DNA of 64,000 nucleotides from an uncultured Actinomycetes bacterium. GTDB taxonomy: Bacteria > Actinomycetota > UBA4738 > HRBIN12. The notes beneath the pieces are model-generated. The model did not search any database. It was given only the letters and a program-made list of their open reading frames with translations, and was not told where the DNA came from. This document shows, one piece after another, positions 50,382 to 60,333 of the stretch (positions are counted from its first letter, which is position 1; every line of letters begins with the position of its first letter). Location of the stretch: positions 576,001 through 640,000 of the forward strand of contig CAVPIB010000001.1 of NCBI GenBank assembly GCA_963704885.1, written 5' to 3'. The position numbers were made by a program, and so were the translations under genes.

Positions 50382-52025
50382 TCAAGGAACGCCGTAGCGG
50401 TTAGTGATGGGCAGGCGGCGGTCGCGTCCGAATGCCTTCGGCGTGATCTTCACCCCGGGAGCGGCCTGCCGCCGCTTGTACTCGGCGCGATCGATCATCC
50501 GCGTCACGAGCTCCACCGTCGCCCGGTCGAACCCCCGGGCGACGATGGCGTCCGCATCCAGATCGTCCTCGACGTAGGCCTCGATGATCGGATCGAGCAC
50601 GTCGTACGGCGGCAGCGAATCGGTATCGAGCTGATCCGGCCTGAGCTCGGCGGACGGAGGCTTGGTCATGATCCGCTCGGGGATAGGAGCGTTCGCCGGG
50701 TCGCGCGCGTTCCTCCACGCGCACACCTCGTACACGAGCGTCTTGGGAACGTCTTTGATGGGCGCGAAACCCCCGGCCATGTCGCCGTAGAGGGTCGCGT
50801 ATCCAACCGCGTACTCGCTCTTGTTCCCCGTTGCCAAGACGAGGGATCCGAACTTGTTCGACAGCGCCATCAGCAGGTTGCCGCGGATGCGAGCTTGCAG
50901 GTTCTCCTCGGCGACGCCTTCATCAGTGCCGGCGAACAACTCGGTGAGCGTCCGCCCGTACGCGTCGAAGGCGTCGGTGATCGGCACGGTGTCGATCCTG
51001 ACGCCCAGACGCTGAGCGCAGTCCACCGCGTCCTCGACACTCTCGGGCGAGGAGTACGGAGAGGGCATCGCGAGCACCCTGACGGAGTCTGGGCCGAGGG
51101 CGTCGGTGGCCAGGGTCGCGACGAGCGCCGAATCGATCCCTCCGGACAGCCCGATCACGACCTCGCGGAAGCCGTTCTTCCGGACGTAATCGGCGAGCGC
51201 GAGGACCAGCGCCCGGTACACCTCCTCGGGCCCGGTCGGCCAGGTCGGAGGCGGCTCTGCGAAACCAACCGACCACCGACCACCGCCTTCGAGTTCCTGA
51301 AGTTCGCAGAACGCGAGCTCTTCTTCGAACATCGCAGCTCGGGCGACGATCTGACCGTCGGGCGAAACGACCATCGAGCCGCCGTCGAACACCAGCTCGT
51401 CCTGTCCGCCGACCGCGTTCACGTACACGAACCATGCGCCCGTCTGCATCGCTCTGTCGCGACAGATCTCCAACCGTTCCGCGCCTTTGCCGTGGTGGTA
51501 GGGAGACCCGTTGATGTTCAGGATCATCTGTGGGTGCGAACGTGCGTACTCGTCGAACGGCGCGTCGCCGTGCCAGGCGTCTTCGCAGATGGACAGGCCG
51601 AGCTCCGAGGATCCCAGTCGGATAGAGCACGTCGCTGTTCCCGGCACGAAGTAGCGCTTCTCGTCGAACACGCCGAAGTTCGGGAGCTGGATCTTGTGGT
51701 AGCGCTCATCGACTTGGCCATCTCGCAGCAACGCGGCCGCGTTGTGCAGGCCCCGCTCCGAGCGGTCCACGAACCCGACCACCACCGCGCACGACGATCC
51801 GGTTGTCGAGGCGGCGAGCGCGTCGAGCGCGGCGAGGTTGTCCTGGATGAAGCTCGGGCGGAGCACCAGATCCTCGGGCGGATAGCCGGTGATCGCCAGC
51901 TCCGGAAAACAGATCAGGTCGGCGCCGGCGTCGGCTGCCCGGGTCGTCCACTCGACCATCCGCTCGACGTTCCCATCGAGGTCGCCGACCGTCGTGTTCA
52001 GCTGGCCAAGCGCTACACGGACCAC
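50382..52025 (-). CDS. nadE: glutamine-dependent NAD+ synthetase
   Basis: Nitrilase domain (FPEL..TGYPPEDL, ICED) plus GLSGGIDS, ENLQAR.RG, TGNKSE, PSAEL. Confidence 0.97.
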   Translation of the reverse strand: MVRVALGQLNTTVGDLDGNVERMVEWTTRAADAGADLICFPELAITGYPPEDLVLRPSFIQDNLAALDALAASTTGSSCAVVVGFVDRSERGLHNAAALLRDGQVDERYHKIQLPNFGVFDEKRYFVPGTATCSIRLGSSELGLSICEDAWHGDAPFDEYARSHPQMILNINGSPYHHGKGAERLEICRDRAMQTGAWFVYVNAVGGQDELVFDGGSMVVSPDGQIVARAAMFEEELAFCELQELEGGGRWSVGFAEPPPTWPTGPEEVYRALVLALADYVRKNGFREVVIGLSGGIDSALVATLATDALGPDSVRVLAMPSPYSSPESVEDAVDCAQRLGVRIDTVPITDAFDAYGRTLTELFAGTDEGVAEENLQARIRGNLLMALSNKFGSLVLATGNKSEYAVGYATLYGDMAGGFAPIKDVPKTLVYEVCAWRNARDPANAPIPERIMTKPPSAELRPDQLDTDSLPPYDVLDPIIEAYVEDDLDADAIVARGFDRATVELVTRMIDRAEYKRRQAAPGVKITPKAFGRDRRLPITNRYGVP

Positions 52026-52068
52026 GACGGAAGCCTACGCGACGGGGCCGATCGCCCTGGAGCGGGGG

Positions 52069-52539
52069 TTACCCGGGTCCACCGATGTCGACGGTGTACG
52101 CCTCCCAGACCAGGTCCGCGCCCTTCTGCCGATGGCGAACCACGCTGCCCATCATGCGCTGGAGATCGTCGCGTGCCTTGTCGAGGGGCCAGTCGTCGGA
52201 TCCGACGTCGCCGGCCTCGAGCCGCGCCAGGAGCTCGGCAACGGAGGCAGCTATCGTTGGGTGCTCCTCCTTGAGCCGGGCGACCGTACCTACCAGTCGT
52301 GGGGCCCGCTCCATGATCTCCTCGTAGAGGCCGGCCGGCTTCTCGGTAACGATCACGTGCTGATCGAACGCGTCACGGACGCCGACCATGTCCTTCGTGA
52401 CCTGGGCCCCCCAGTCATCAACGCGGCCTGCGGCCGGGGAGCTGGTCGCCATCTCCAGCTGCACGATCGCATCGTGCAGGGTCTGGCGGCGCTTCCGCGC
52501 CTCTCCGAGGGCCGGGGTCAGTCCGTGATCGGGCTCCAT
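52069..52539 (-). CDS. hemerythrin-like domain protein
   Basis: H....E, L..EH, RH...GADL.WEAY..DIGG. Confidence 0.7.
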   Translation of the reverse strand: MEPDHGLTPALGEARKRRQTLHDAIVQLEMATSSPAAGRVDDWGAQVTKDMVGVRDAFDQHVIVTEKPAGLYEEIMERAPRLVGTVARLKEEHPTIAASVAELLARLEAGDVGSDDWPLDKARDDLQRMMGSVVRHRQKGADLVWEAYTVDIGGPG

Positions 52540-52613
52540 CGCGACACTCTACGGGCCCGTCACGATCCGGCGCAAACCGCCAGGGAGCTCCCGGTGCGAT
52601 ATGTTCACGCCCG

Positions 52614-52967
52614 ATGTCGTCCGTGAGTAGAGCCGGAGTCTCCCTCGTCCTCGCTGTGGTTCTGGCCTTCGTTATAGGAGGCTCCGCGCAAGCGGCGCCG
52701 GTCATCCGGGGGAGCGGTGTGAGATGGACCCCTTCGATCGTCACGGTGTCCCGCGGGTCACTCGTGCGTTGGCGTGGGGTGCTCGGGTATCACGACGTCG
52801 TGTCGTACGGTCGCAACTGGCGGTTCAACGAGGCACTCCCGGTCGGCACGATGGTCAGGAAGCGGTTCCGGAACTCAGGCAGGTATCGGTTCCGCTGCAC
52901 CTACCACTCGACGCTGATCGGCAACACGTGCAACGGGATGTGCGGCCGCGTGGTCGTCAGGTCCTGA
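52614..52967 (+). CDS. secreted cupredoxin (plastocyanin-like)
   Basis: Signal peptide, H.V, G.Y.F.CTYH.........GM.G.VVV type-1 copper ligands. Confidence 0.8.
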   Translation: MSSVSRAGVSLVLAVVLAFVIGGSAQAAPVIRGSGVRWTPSIVTVSRGSLVRWRGVLGYHDVVSYGRNWRFNEALPVGTMVRKRFRNSGRYRFRCTYHSTLIGNTCNGMCGRVVVRS

Positions 52968-53112
52968 CCGCACTGATCGCTTCGAGTCGCCCGTGCGTAC
53001 CACCCTCCTAGGACGAGGCAACAGGGGCCCGCAAGCGTCGGACGTCGCCCACGACGCGCCGCCTGGGTCGCGGCTAGACTCCCGATGCGGATCCCGCCCC
53101 GGAGGTCACCCC

Positions 53113-56100
53113 GTGCCTGAGCGTCCCATCGAACTTGCCTCGGTCCTTGGGCCGTACATCCCGCGACTCCTCGCCGAATGGGTTGCCGAAGCGCCAGGAA
53201 CAACGCTCCGCACGATCGACGGGACGATGGTGTTCGTCGACATCTCTGGTTTCACGAAGATGTCCGAGCGATTGGCTCGAACGGGGAAGGTCGGGGCCGA
53301 GGAGGTCACCGACGTCATCGGGTCTGTGTTCGCCTCGCTCCTCGCTCTCGCCTACGGCGCTGGCGGTGGGCTGATCAAGTTCGGTGGAGACGCGCTCCTG
53401 CTCTTCTTCTATGGAGAGGATCATGAGCGAAGAGGAGCGCAGGCGGCCGTGGGCATGCGGAAGGCGCTTCGCGACATCGGTCCCATCCCGACCTCCGCCG
53501 GGAAGGTCACGTTGAGGATGTCGATCGGCATCCATCGAGGGACGTTCCACTTCTTCCTCGTGGGGGACTCGCATCGGGAGTTGATGATCACGGGTCCGGC
53601 GGCCACCGAGACCGCGTCGATGGAGGGCCTGGCTTCGGCTGGCGAGATCCTGATCAGCAGCGCCATGGCCGAACTCCTTCCCGAAGCAGTTGTCGGGAAT
53701 CCCAAGGGCGATGGCTTCCTGCTCAGGAGCGCGCCCCTTGGGCTGCCGCGCGACGTCGCGGCTCCCGAGCCGATCCTGGAAGGGGTCGACCTGCTGTCCC
53801 ACATCCCTCACGCGATCCGGGAGCACGTGCTGTCGGGCCAGGGGGATCCCGAGCATCGACGGGTGACTGTGGCGTTCATCCATTTCGACGGCATCGATCG
53901 TCTGGTGAGCGATCTCGGCTCCGACGTCGTCGCGTATGGGCTCGACCATCTCGTGAGCGAGGTGCAGTCGGCTAGCGAGAAGAACGGCGTTACGTTCCTG
54001 GGGACCGACGTCGACAAGGACGGGGGCAAGATCATCCTGGTGTCGGGCGCGCCGCAGGCTCTGGGCGACGACGAAGAGCGGATGCTTCTGACCCTGCGCT
54101 CGATCGTCGACGCCGAGACGACGATCCCGGTTCGGATCGGCGTGAACAGCGGCCCGGTCTTCGTCGGCGACGTCGGCCCGCCGTACCGCCGCACCTACAC
54201 GGTGATGGGCGACGCGGTCAACCTCGCGGCCCGGGTTATGTCCAAGGCCGCGCCGGGCGAGATCCTCGCCACCGAGCCGGTGCTCGAGGCCTCTGGGGTT
54301 CGGTTCGAGACCGAGGCCCTCGAGCCGTTCATGGTCAAGGGCAAGAAGCACCCCGTGGTGGCGCGCCGGGTCGGCAAGATCCTCGGCAGCAGCCGCACCG
54401 AAGTCTTGGCCGACCTCCCGCTCGTGGGGCGTAAGCGCGAGCTCGACGTCTTGAGGTCGACGCTCGATCGAACGCGTGAGGGTCGGGGGACGCTGGTCGA
54501 GGTGACCGGTGATGCGGGCGTCGGGAAGAGTCGCCTGCTCCATGAGCTTCACAGTGAGACGGCCGAGGTCCCCTGGCACGCGGTCGCCTGCGAGCCGTAC
54601 GAGGCGTCGACGCCATACTTCCCTTTCCGACCGCTGCTCCGGGCGCTCCTGGGGATCTCCGAAGACCTCGGTCATGATCAGGCGGTCACCGTCTTCGCGG
54701 CACGGGTGCAGCAGGCCTGTCCGGAGCTGACTCCGTGGCTCCCGCTGCTGGCGCTCCCTTTGGACCTGGAGATCGCCGACACACCCGAGGTCGCGGCCCT
54801 GGAAGAACGCTTCAGGCGTGAACGGATGGAGGGGGCGATCGGCGACCTCCTCGTGGAGTTCGGCGGCGGCCCCGCCGTGGCCGTGATCGAGGATGCGCAG
54901 TGGATGGACGACGCGTCTAGCGACCTCCTGGAGGCCGTCGCCGCTCGGATGGATGAGCTCCCGTTGATGGTCGTGGTGGCCCGGCGCGAGGGAGCTCCGC
55001 GGCGGGAACAGGAAGTCGAGGGTGAGGGAGACCACCGGGTACAGCTGGAGCTTGGACCGCTCTCCGTGGAGGACGCTGTCAGCCTGATCCATGAGGCGAC
55101 GGAGCAGTATCCGCTCACGCCCCATACGGTCGAGGCGCTCGCGCACCGATCGGGGGGGAGCCCCCGTTTCCTGAAAGCGATGCTCTACGAGGTCATCCGA
55201 TCAGGCGGCACGATCGACCAGCTCCCTAGCTCGGTCGAGGGCGTGGTGATGATGCAGATCGACCGACTGGCGCCCAAGGACCGCACACGTCTTCGGTACC
55301 TCTCCGTGCTCGGCATGAGCTTCGACCAAGACCTGGTCGGCCGGGTGCTGGAGGAGGAGGGCCTGGAGACCGACCTCGCAACGGAAGTCTTCGAGGGACT
55401 GCTCGAGCCGGATGGCCGGGGAGGGTTCCGGTTCCGCAACGGGCTCGTCCGCGACGTGGCCTACGAGAGCCTCCCCTTCCGTCGCCGGCGGGAACTGCAT
55501 GCTCGCGTCGGAGAGGCGATCGAGGCCGAGGCTGGGGACGATGCCGACGACATCGCCGAGATCCTGTCCCTCCACTACTTCTACGCGCAGCGGTTCGAGG
55601 ACGCCTGGCGGTTCTCGAGGGTGGCTGCGCAGCAGGCTTCCGAGATCTACGCGAACGTGGAGGCCCGCGACTTCTTCGTTCGCGCGCTCGACGCCGCCGA
55701 CCGTCTGCCGGCGCTTGACCCGAGCGAGCACGCGGCCGCGAGCGAGGCGCTCGGCGACGTGCGGATGCGCCTCGGGGAATTCCGGGGAGCCGAGCAAGCC
55801 TATCGGCGGGCCCGACAGCGTCTCGCAGGAGAGCGGTTGGCGCAGGCGCGCCTGTTGCTCAAGGAGGCGCTCGTCTCCGACTTCGAGGGACGTTATCCGA
55901 CTGCGCTGCGGACCCTCTCGCGCGGCACACGCCTGTTGGGAGATGGGGCGGATCCGTCGATCGCGGGGCTGCGCGCGCAGTTGGCCGCGCACTACGCGGG
56001 GATCCGGTGGGCCCAAGGACGCAATCACGAGGCCATCCGTTGGTGTCGTGACGCGCTCGCCGACGGCGAGGCGGCGGGTGAGCTCGATGCCACCGCGCAT

Positions 56101-56946
56101 GCCCTCTATGTCCTGGACGTCGCTGAGCACTCCCTGGGCGTCTCCAAAGGCGGGACCTACTCGAAGCAGGCCCTCGGGCTCTACGAACAACTCGGTGACT
56201 TCGCGAAACAGGGCCTCGTCATGACGAACCTCGGCTACTTCGCCTACTTCCAAGGGAGATGGGACGAAGCCGTGGACTGGTACGAGCGAGCCCGCGATGT
56301 CCTACTCCGCACCGGCAACGTCGTGGATGCCGCATTCGATGAGTCGAACATCGGGGAGGTCCTCGTCTTCCAAGGTCGTCTGGAGGAGGCGGCGACACAG
56401 CTTCGGGACGCACTCCGCATCTTCAAAGCCTCAGGCGTACGACCCCAAGAGGTGTTCGTCCTGACGCTGCTCGCGGCGACCGCGTCGCGGGCTGGAAGTT
56501 TCGAGGAGGCGGCGGGCATGTTCGACGATGCAGAGGCGCTCGTCCGCGAGGTCGGTGAGCCCGATCTCGCCGCGGGTGTTGCGGGGATGCGGGCGGAGTC
56601 CTTGATCCTCCAGGGACGCCCCAGCGAAGCCCTGCCGGTGAACGATGAGCTGCTGTCGTCGCTCCCGGCCGCGCACGCGTACGTGCCCTGGTTGCTACGC
56701 AATCGTGGCTACGCGCTGGCTCAGTTCAACGATCGGGCCGAAGCTGAGACGACTCTCCGAGAGAGTCTGGCGGCCGCACGCTCCCTCGGAGCCGACCACG
56801 ACGTAGCCTTCGCGCTCGCGGCCTTCCTCCGGTGCAACTTGTCCGACGGCCGATCGGCCGAAGAGATGCGGCGCGAGCGGGAAGAACTGGACCGCTCGCT
56901 GGGCATCGTCGACGTCCCCGACGTTCCCCTGCCGGCACCCATATAG
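53113..56946 (+). CDS. tandem class III cyclase domains + AAA/STAND ATPase + TPR
   Basis: FVDISGFT, KFGGDA, GDAVNLAAR, VKGK, LVGR..EL, GDAGVGKSRL, IEDAQW.D, TPR-like helices; GGAGG RBS at 53101. Confidence 0.9.
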   Translation: MPERPIELASVLGPYIPRLLAEWVAEAPGTTLRTIDGTMVFVDISGFTKMSERLARTGKVGAEEVTDVIGSVFASLLALAYGAGGGLIKFGGDALLLFFYGEDHERRGAQAAVGMRKALRDIGPIPTSAGKVTLRMSIGIHRGTFHFFLVGDSHRELMITGPAATETASMEGLASAGEILISSAMAELLPEAVVGNPKGDGFLLRSAPLGLPRDVAAPEPILEGVDLLSHIPHAIREHVLSGQGDPEHRRVTVAFIHFDGIDRLVSDLGSDVVAYGLDHLVSEVQSASEKNGVTFLGTDVDKDGGKIILVSGAPQALGDDEERMLLTLRSIVDAETTIPVRIGVNSGPVFVGDVGPPYRRTYTVMGDAVNLAARVMSKAAPGEILATEPVLEASGVRFETEALEPFMVKGKKHPVVARRVGKILGSSRTEVLADLPLVGRKRELDVLRSTLDRTREGRGTLVEVTGDAGVGKSRLLHELHSETAEVPWHAVACEPYEASTPYFPFRPLLRALLGISEDLGHDQAVTVFAARVQQACPELTPWLPLLALPLDLEIADTPEVAALEERFRRERMEGAIGDLLVEFGGGPAVAVIEDAQWMDDASSDLLEAVAARMDELPLMVVVARREGAPRREQEVEGEGDHRVQLELGPLSVEDAVSLIHEATEQYPLTPHTVEALAHRSGGSPRFLKAMLYEVIRSGGTIDQLPSSVEGVVMMQIDRLAPKDRTRLRYLSVLGMSFDQDLVGRVLEEEGLETDLATEVFEGLLEPDGRGGFRFRNGLVRDVAYESLPFRRRRELHARVGEAIEAEAGDDADDIAEILSLHYFYAQRFEDAWRFSRVAAQQASEIYANVEARDFFVRALDAADRLPALDPSEHAAASEALGDVRMRLGEFRGAEQAYRRARQRLAGERLAQARLLLKEALVSDFEGRYPTALRTLSRGTRLLGDGADPSIAGLRAQLAAHYAGIRWAQGRNHEAIRWCRDALADGEAAGELDATAHALYVLDVAEHSLGVSKGGTYSKQALGLYEQLGDFAKQGLVMTNLGYFAYFQGRWDEAVDWYERARDVLLRTGNVVDAAFDESNIGEVLVFQGRLEEAATQLRDALRIFKASGVRPQEVFVLTLLAATASRAGSFEEAAGMFDDAEALVREVGEPDLAAGVAGMRAESLILQGRPSEALPVNDELLSSLPAAHAYVPWLLRNRGYALAQFNDRAEAETTLRESLAAARSLGADHDVAFALAAFLRCNLSDGRSAEEMRREREELDRSLGIVDVPDVPLPAPI

Positions 56947-56950
56947 AGTG

Positions 56951-56985
56951 CCGTCCGAGCCGCCGGGATCCGGCGGCTCGGACGG
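56951..56985. terminator. perfect 16-bp hairpin between convergent genes
   Basis: CCGTCCGAGCCGCCGG-GAT-CCGGCGGCTCGGACGG. Confidence 0.75.
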
Positions 56986-56992
56986 AAACGAA

Positions 56993-58285
56993 CTAGTGCC
57001 TCGCACGCGGGTCCAACGAGTCCATGTACAGGCGTGAGCGCAATGTCGCGGTCGTATCCATCGGACCCGTGAACTCGACCGACTCCGTCACGCAGGGCTC
57101 GGTCCCATCGGGTCGATCGAAGCCATCCGTGATGTAGTTGCAAAGCGGGACGGTGTCGACGGATTCATCCTCGGGCGGCCCGCTCGTCTTGCAGAAGGGG
57201 ACCGGACCTCCGACAGGGAGATCGATCGTGTCTATGAACTCCACGACTATCACGCCGGTCCCGGTGGGGATGATCGTCACAGTGCCGGCGATGTCGTTCG
57301 TTACGCCCGAGCAGTCCAGCTGGTTCGTCTCGATGACGAGGATGGTGCCGGCCGGGGCGCTGACCGTCGATCCGTTGGGGAACGTCGCGGTGCAATCCGT
57401 GCAACTGCTATCCGTGTTGGTGATCGCGAACTCATCACTGTCGGCTGACGCCGCCCCGGCTACGGCATGCAGCGTGAAGCCAGAGCTCGTCGTATCGATC
57501 GTCAGGTCCGTGAACGTCGCGACACCGAAAACCGTCCCTTGCGTCTTCGTGCCACCGAGCTCGGCCGACCCCGAGGGGTCTACCCCGATCGACATCGTCA
57601 CCAGGGTCCCGTCGGCCACCAGGTTGCCGTCGACGTCCTCAACTGTCACCTCGACGCCGCCCCCAAACTCGCCAGCGATCGGTTGGGTCTTGAGTGTGTC
57701 CGTCGGTTGGTTGGTGAAGGCCATCGAAGCCGGAGGTCCGATACAGGAACCCACGTACACCTTCGGGCTGGAGGCGCCGCTGGCGAGGGAGAATCCGCTT
57801 CCGAAGAACAGGGTGCCCTGCCATGCGTTCGTCGACCACGTCCTGTCTCCGGCAGAGGAAGGAGTCGCGGCGGTGAAGGTCACGCTGACCGACTCACCCG
57901 GCGCGAGAGCGCTGCTGGAGCTCGTAGCCCGGAGGTAGATGCCGTCCGCATCGAGCACGTCGGGGATCGCCTGCCATGACTTGGCCGGGTTGGACACGAC
58001 CGGTGTGGAGAATGAGCCAGAGTAGATGTTGTGGAAGTTCGCCACGGTGCTATGGAACAGCGCTGACCCGAGCGTCCGGTTGCTCGTTGAGTCGTTGGTG
58101 ATCGTCGCCGTGAATTGCACGTCGCTCGACGTCGGGACGCAGGTCGGGGTGATCGACGGCACGTACTTTCGCACCGAGGGAGTGGAGGCGTCGGCGATGC
58201 CGCCGAGCAGCGACCCGAGGATGAAGACGGCTGCGACGACGGCGATGCCGGACCTGCGGGACCTGCGGATCGGTGCGTGACTCAT
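56993..58285 (-). CDS. secreted Ser/Thr-rich protein with Ig-like domains
   Basis: Signal peptide, LAPGESVSVTF, F..QP..T, V.V.V.D..GN.V, GVATF.DL.I; Cys-rich C-terminus; AAGGAG RBS. Confidence 0.75.
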   Translation of the reverse strand: MSHAPIRRSRRSGIAVVAAVFILGSLLGGIADASTPSVRKYVPSITPTCVPTSSDVQFTATITNDSTSNRTLGSALFHSTVANFHNIYSGSFSTPVVSNPAKSWQAIPDVLDADGIYLRATSSSSALAPGESVSVTFTAATPSSAGDRTWSTNAWQGTLFFGSGFSLASGASSPKVYVGSCIGPPASMAFTNQPTDTLKTQPIAGEFGGGVEVTVEDVDGNLVADGTLVTMSIGVDPSGSAELGGTKTQGTVFGVATFTDLTIDTTSSGFTLHAVAGAASADSDEFAITNTDSSCTDCTATFPNGSTVSAPAGTILVIETNQLDCSGVTNDIAGTVTIIPTGTGVIVVEFIDTIDLPVGGPVPFCKTSGPPEDESVDTVPLCNYITDGFDRPDGTEPCVTESVEFTGPMDTTATLRSRLYMDSLDPRARH

Positions 58286-58400
58286 CTGATCGCTCTCCTT
58301 CTTTCTGCGCGGTCGGTCGGGGCATCACTGTCCCTCCAAAGGGTGTCGGTAGTCAAATGCATCAAAGGCATCGGACCTAAGTCGAAGGTCGCCGAAACGG

Positions 58401-58443
58401 CCCGGTGATCTCATACCCCGGTGATCTCATATATGACACCGGG
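58401..58443. repeat. operator-like direct plus inverted repeat
   Basis: CCCGGTGATCTCATA at 58401-58415 and 58417-58431, then inverted TATGACACCGGG at 58432-58443. Confidence 0.7.
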
Positions 58444-58505
58444 CCTCTTCGTACCGGCTCTAGAGCTGGAGCGAGAAGCCGAGATAGGCCGCGGTGCGGA
58501 GGCCC

Positions 58506-59834
58506 TCACAGGATGGGTAGGTAACGTTCGCGTTCGTACTCGGTCACGTATGCCTTGTAGCCGTCCCACTCCTGGCGCTTGTTGCGGATCAAGTACTCGT
58601 GAACGTGCTCGCCGAGCGCGTCGCGGAGAACGTCGGACCCATCCGCCAATACGATCGCGTCGTGGAGGTCCTCGGGCAGGGAGTCGATGCCGGCCACGCG
58701 ACGCTCGTCGGGCTCCATCTCGTAGATGTTGTTCGAGGCCTCGGGCGGCAGCTCGTACTCGCCTTCGATCCCCGCCAGACCGGCGGCGAGCATGGCCGCG
58801 AACGCCAGGTACGGGTTGCACGCCGGGTCTGGGGAGCGGTACTCGATACGTGTGGCCGTCTCCTTCCCCGGCTTGTACATCGGGATACGCACCAGCGCCG
58901 ATCGGTTGCGCCGCGCCCAGCACACGTAGACGGGCGCCTCGAACCCCGGCACGAGGCGCTTGTAGGAGTTCACCCATTGGTTGGTCACCAACGTGATCTC
59001 GGGCGCGTGGCGCAGCAGTCCTGCGATGTATCCCTTCGCCGTCTTCGACAGGTGGTACTCGTCGGTCGCGTCGAAGAACGCGTTGCGGTCGCCTTCGAAC
59101 AGCGACTGATGGGTATGCATGCCGCTGCCGTTGATCCCCGCGATCGGTTTGGGCATGAACGTGGCGTAGATGCCGAATTCCTGCGCGACCTCTTTCACCG
59201 TGAGGCGGTACGACATCACGTTGTCAGCCATGGTGAGCGCGTCGGTGTACCGCAGGTCGATCTCGTGCTGTGAGGGCGCCACCTCGTGGTGCACGTATTC
59301 GACCGGGATCCCCATGGACTCCAGGTATAGGACCGTGCGCTTGCGGTAGTCGGTTGCCACGTCCAGCGGAGTCTCGTCGAAGTACCCGCCCTGATCGAGC
59401 GGCGTCGGATCGTCCACGCTCTTGAAGTAGAAGAACTCGAGCTCGGGACCCACGTAGAACGTGAAGCCCAGGTCGGCGGCGCGCTGCAGCTGGCGCTTCA
59501 ACACGCCACGCGGGTCGCCGTCGAACGGCGTTCCGTCGGGGTCGTAGATGTCGCAGAACATCCGGGCGACCGCCTGCTCGGTCTTCCACGGGATCACCTG
59601 GAACGTGCCGGCGTCTGGGACGGCGATCATGTCCGACTCCTGGATCCGGCTGAACCCCTCGATGGACGAACCGTCGAACCCCATGCCTTCTGTGAACGCG
59701 CCCTCCAGCTCCTGCGAGGTGATCGTGAAGGCCTTCAGGAAACCCAGGACGTCGGTGAACCACAGGCGAACGAACCGGATGCCGCGCTCCTCGACGGTGC
59801 GCAGGACGTATTCGGCTTCGGCTGAAAGGGCCAT
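58506..59834 (-). CDS. glnA: glutamine synthetase type I (GSI-alpha/GlnA2-like)
   Basis: FDGSSIEG, GPELEF, HHEVAPSQHE, ATFMPKP..G.NGSGMH, NSYKRL.PG.EAP, RIEYR. Confidence 0.95.
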   Translation of the reverse strand: MALSAEAEYVLRTVEERGIRFVRLWFTDVLGFLKAFTITSQELEGAFTEGMGFDGSSIEGFSRIQESDMIAVPDAGTFQVIPWKTEQAVARMFCDIYDPDGTPFDGDPRGVLKRQLQRAADLGFTFYVGPELEFFYFKSVDDPTPLDQGGYFDETPLDVATDYRKRTVLYLESMGIPVEYVHHEVAPSQHEIDLRYTDALTMADNVMSYRLTVKEVAQEFGIYATFMPKPIAGINGSGMHTHQSLFEGDRNAFFDATDEYHLSKTAKGYIAGLLRHAPEITLVTNQWVNSYKRLVPGFEAPVYVCWARRNRSALVRIPMYKPGKETATRIEYRSPDPACNPYLAFAAMLAAGLAGIEGEYELPPEASNNIYEMEPDERRVAGIDSLPEDLHDAIVLADGSDVLRDALGEHVHEYLIRNKRQEWDGYKAYVTEYERERYLPIL

Positions 59835-59867
59835 GGGTCGAGGGTAAGTTCGGATCGTGCGGGAACG

Positions 59868-59884
59868 GTTACGCCGCCGTTAAC
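59868..59884. promoter_or_regulatory. putative GlnR box
   Basis: GTTAC-N6-GTTAAC between divergent glnA and ridA-glnE; resembles the actinobacterial GTNAC-N6-GAAAC consensus. Confidence 0.5.
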
Positions 59885-59912
59885 TCTGCGTGTCGCGCGA
59901 TAGCATCGCGCG

Positions 59913-60296
59913 ATGGATCGTCGCCTCATCTCCTCGGGCTCGCCATACGAACCGGTGATCGGCTTCTCGCGCGCGGTGGTCGTCGGCGACCGCGTGTTCG
60001 TGTCCGGGACGGGTCCGGTCATGCCCGACGGCGCGGAGTTGCCGCCGGACCCCTACGGCCAGGCCGAGCGCTGCCTGGAGATCATCCTCGAGGCGCTGCG
60101 AGCGGCCGGGGCCGGACCGCAGGATGTGGTCCGCACCCGGACCTACCTGGTGGATGCCGCCGACTGGGAGGAGGTCGGTCGGGCGCATGGAGATGTGTTC
60201 GCCGACGTCAGGCCGGCGAGCACCATGGTCGTGGTGAAGGGGTTCCTCGATCCAAGGTGGCGGGTAGAGATAGAAGCGGACGCGATCTTGGGCTGA
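59913..60296 (+). CDS. RidA/YjgF family protein
   Basis: E...G.SRAV, VSGT, DVVRTR.Y, RPA.T.V.V.......VEIEA; leaderless after TAGCAT. Confidence 0.9.
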   Translation: MDRRLISSGSPYEPVIGFSRAVVVGDRVFVSGTGPVMPDGAELPPDPYGQAERCLEIILEALRAAGAGPQDVVRTRTYLVDAADWEEVGRAHGDVFADVRPASTMVVVKGFLDPRWRVEIEADAILG

Positions 60297-60333
60297 GCCC
60301 CCAGCCACAGCGTCCAGCCGCTACGGTTCACCC

